Part shown: positions 62,908 through 64,000 of the stretch, piece by piece | Numbering within the stretch: the first letter of the stretch is position 1 | How the letters are laid out: each line of letters begins with the position of its first letter | Source of the DNA: Burkholderiaceae bacterium | Lineage (GTDB): Bacteria; Pseudomonadota; Gammaproteobacteria; Burkholderiales; Burkholderiaceae | Length of the DNA stretch: 64,000 nt | NCBI GenBank assembly: GCA_947448625.1 | Contig: CANFOT010000002.1 | Location: 27,809 to 91,808 of the forward strand | Direction: 5' to 3' | Notes under the pieces: model-generated | What the model was told of the DNA's origin: nothing | The model's database searches: none | Seen by the model: only the letters and a program-made list of their open reading frames with translations | Made by a program: the position numbers and the translations under genes

Positions 62908-64000
62908 ATGTACGATAAGCCAGATGCACGAGGACACTTCGGTCCCTATGGTGGCGTATTTGTTTCTGAGACACTGATGTTTGCCCTGGATGAGCTCAAA
63001 GCAGCTTACGCAAAATATCAACACGATCCCGAGTTCTTGGAAGAATTTCATTACGAGCTTAAGCATTTTGTAGGTCGTCCTTCGCCGGTCTATCACGCAA
63101 AGCGTTGGAGTGAGATGTTGGGTGGTGCGCAAATTTATCTTAAGCGTGAGGATTTGAATCACACCGGCGCACACAAAATTAATAATGTAATTGGTCAAGC
63201 AATGTTGGCTAAGCGCATGGGTAAGCCGCGCATCATCGCTGAGACGGGTGCAGGACAGCATGGTGTTGCTACGGCAACTATTTGCGCACGCTTTGGTTTG
63301 GATTGCACCGTATACCAAGGTTCTGTTGATGTAGCGCGTCAAGCGCAAAATGTGTTTCGTATGAAATTACTGGGTGCAAAAGTTGTGCCTGTTGAGTCAG
63401 GAACTAAGACCCTAAAAGATGCCCTGAATGAAGCGATGCGGGATTGGGTTACGAATGTTGAAGATACCTTCTACATTATCGGTACCGTTGCTGGGCCTCA
63501 CCCATACCCCATGATGGTGCGAGATTTTCAAAGTGTGATTGGTGAAGAGTGCAAAGTACAGATGCCGGAACTCACAGGCCGTCAGCCTGATTATGTGTTG
63601 GCTTGTGTTGGGGGTGGCTCTAATGCTATGGGGATTTTTTATCCATATATCGATTTTCCAGAAGTCAAATTAGTTGGTGTTGAAGCTGCCGGTCATGGCT
63701 TAAATAGCGGCCTTCACTCTGCAGCGCTTTGCGTAGGAAAGCCAGGCGTATTGCATGGTAATCGCACTTATTTGTTGCAAGATGAGAATGGTCAGATTTC
63801 TGAAACCCATTCTGTTTCTGCTGGCATGGATTATCCCGGTGTGGGTCCTGAGCATGCTTGGTTAAAGGATTCTGGTCGAGCTGATTATGTCGCGGTGACT
63901 GATGAAGAGGCGCTAAAGGCTTTTCATGATTGTTGCCGTATCGAAGGCATTATTCCAGCTCTAGAGTCCTCCCATGCGATTGCATATGCATGTAAATTGG
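62908..64000 (+). CDS. trpB: Tryptophan synthase beta chain, 3'-truncated by window edge (absent from the ORF track)
   Basis: SD AGAGG; translation [16 protein letters not shown]..., [43 protein letters not shown]. Confidence 0.97.
   Translation, partial: MYDKPDARGHFGPYGGVFVSETLMFALDELKAAYAKYQHDPEFLEEFHYELKHFVGRPSPVYHAKRWSEMLGGAQIYLKREDLNHTGAHKINNVIGQAMLAKRMGKPRIIAETGAGQHGVATATICARFGLDCTVYQGSVDVARQAQNVFRMKLLGAKVVPVESGTKTLKDALNEAMRDWVTNVEDTFYIIGTVAGPHPYPMMVRDFQSVIGEECKVQMPELTGRQPDYVLACVGGGSNAMGIFYPYIDFPEVKLVGVEAAGHGLNSGLHSAALCVGKPGVLHGNRTYLLQDENGQISETHSVSAGMDYPGVGPEHAWLKDSGRADYVAVTDEEALKAFHDCCRIEGIIPALESSHAIAYACKL

Noticed and set aside
62893-63348. 151-aa minus-strand ORF at the window end
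   Set aside because: Antisense to trpB, which the ORF track missed only because it has no stop within the window.
1-64000. CRISPR arrays, tRNA/rRNA, IS elements, integrases, prophage or defence genes
   Set aside because: No regularly spaced repeats, cloverleaf sequences, transposase/integrase motifs or compositional islands seen by eye; nearly all sequence is accounted for by housekeeping genes.

Overview
A gene-dense, roughly 45% GC (estimated by eye) core-chromosome segment from a streamlined Burkholderiaceae betaproteobacterium. Gene order and protein sequences look most like Polynucleobacter; this is an inference, with no search run. It carries housekeeping loci: rlmB, trxC, tal/rpiA, yggX, argA/hrpA, glnA-ntrBC-xth, prlC-folD-fixJL, the pyruvate dehydrogenase operon, phasin, pbpG, an IclR regulator, pyrD-bpt-aat-NUDIX-pabBC, rarA, hbd, GST, ybdL, yaaA, mdh, sdhR-sdhCDABE-gltA, leuCDB-asd-fimV-truA-trpF-trpB. 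I saw no rRNA, tRNA, CRISPR array, IS element, prophage or defence island. The most interesting signals are regulatory or uncharacterised. (1) A self-contained ~170-nt candidate sRNA between rpiA and yggX, with its own sigma70 promoter, hairpins, CU-rich stretch and terminator. (2) An uncharacterised envelope/lipid operon (beta-propeller, atypical deacetylase, di-iron hydroxylase, EI24, COG1058). (3) An NtrC with GAFPGA instead of GAFTGA, and NtrC boxes at glnA and gltA. (4) A terminator embedded in the predicted ntrB 5' end. (5) Recurrent leaderless-type promoters. (6) PhaR-like and IclR-like boxes at central carbon metabolism promoters.
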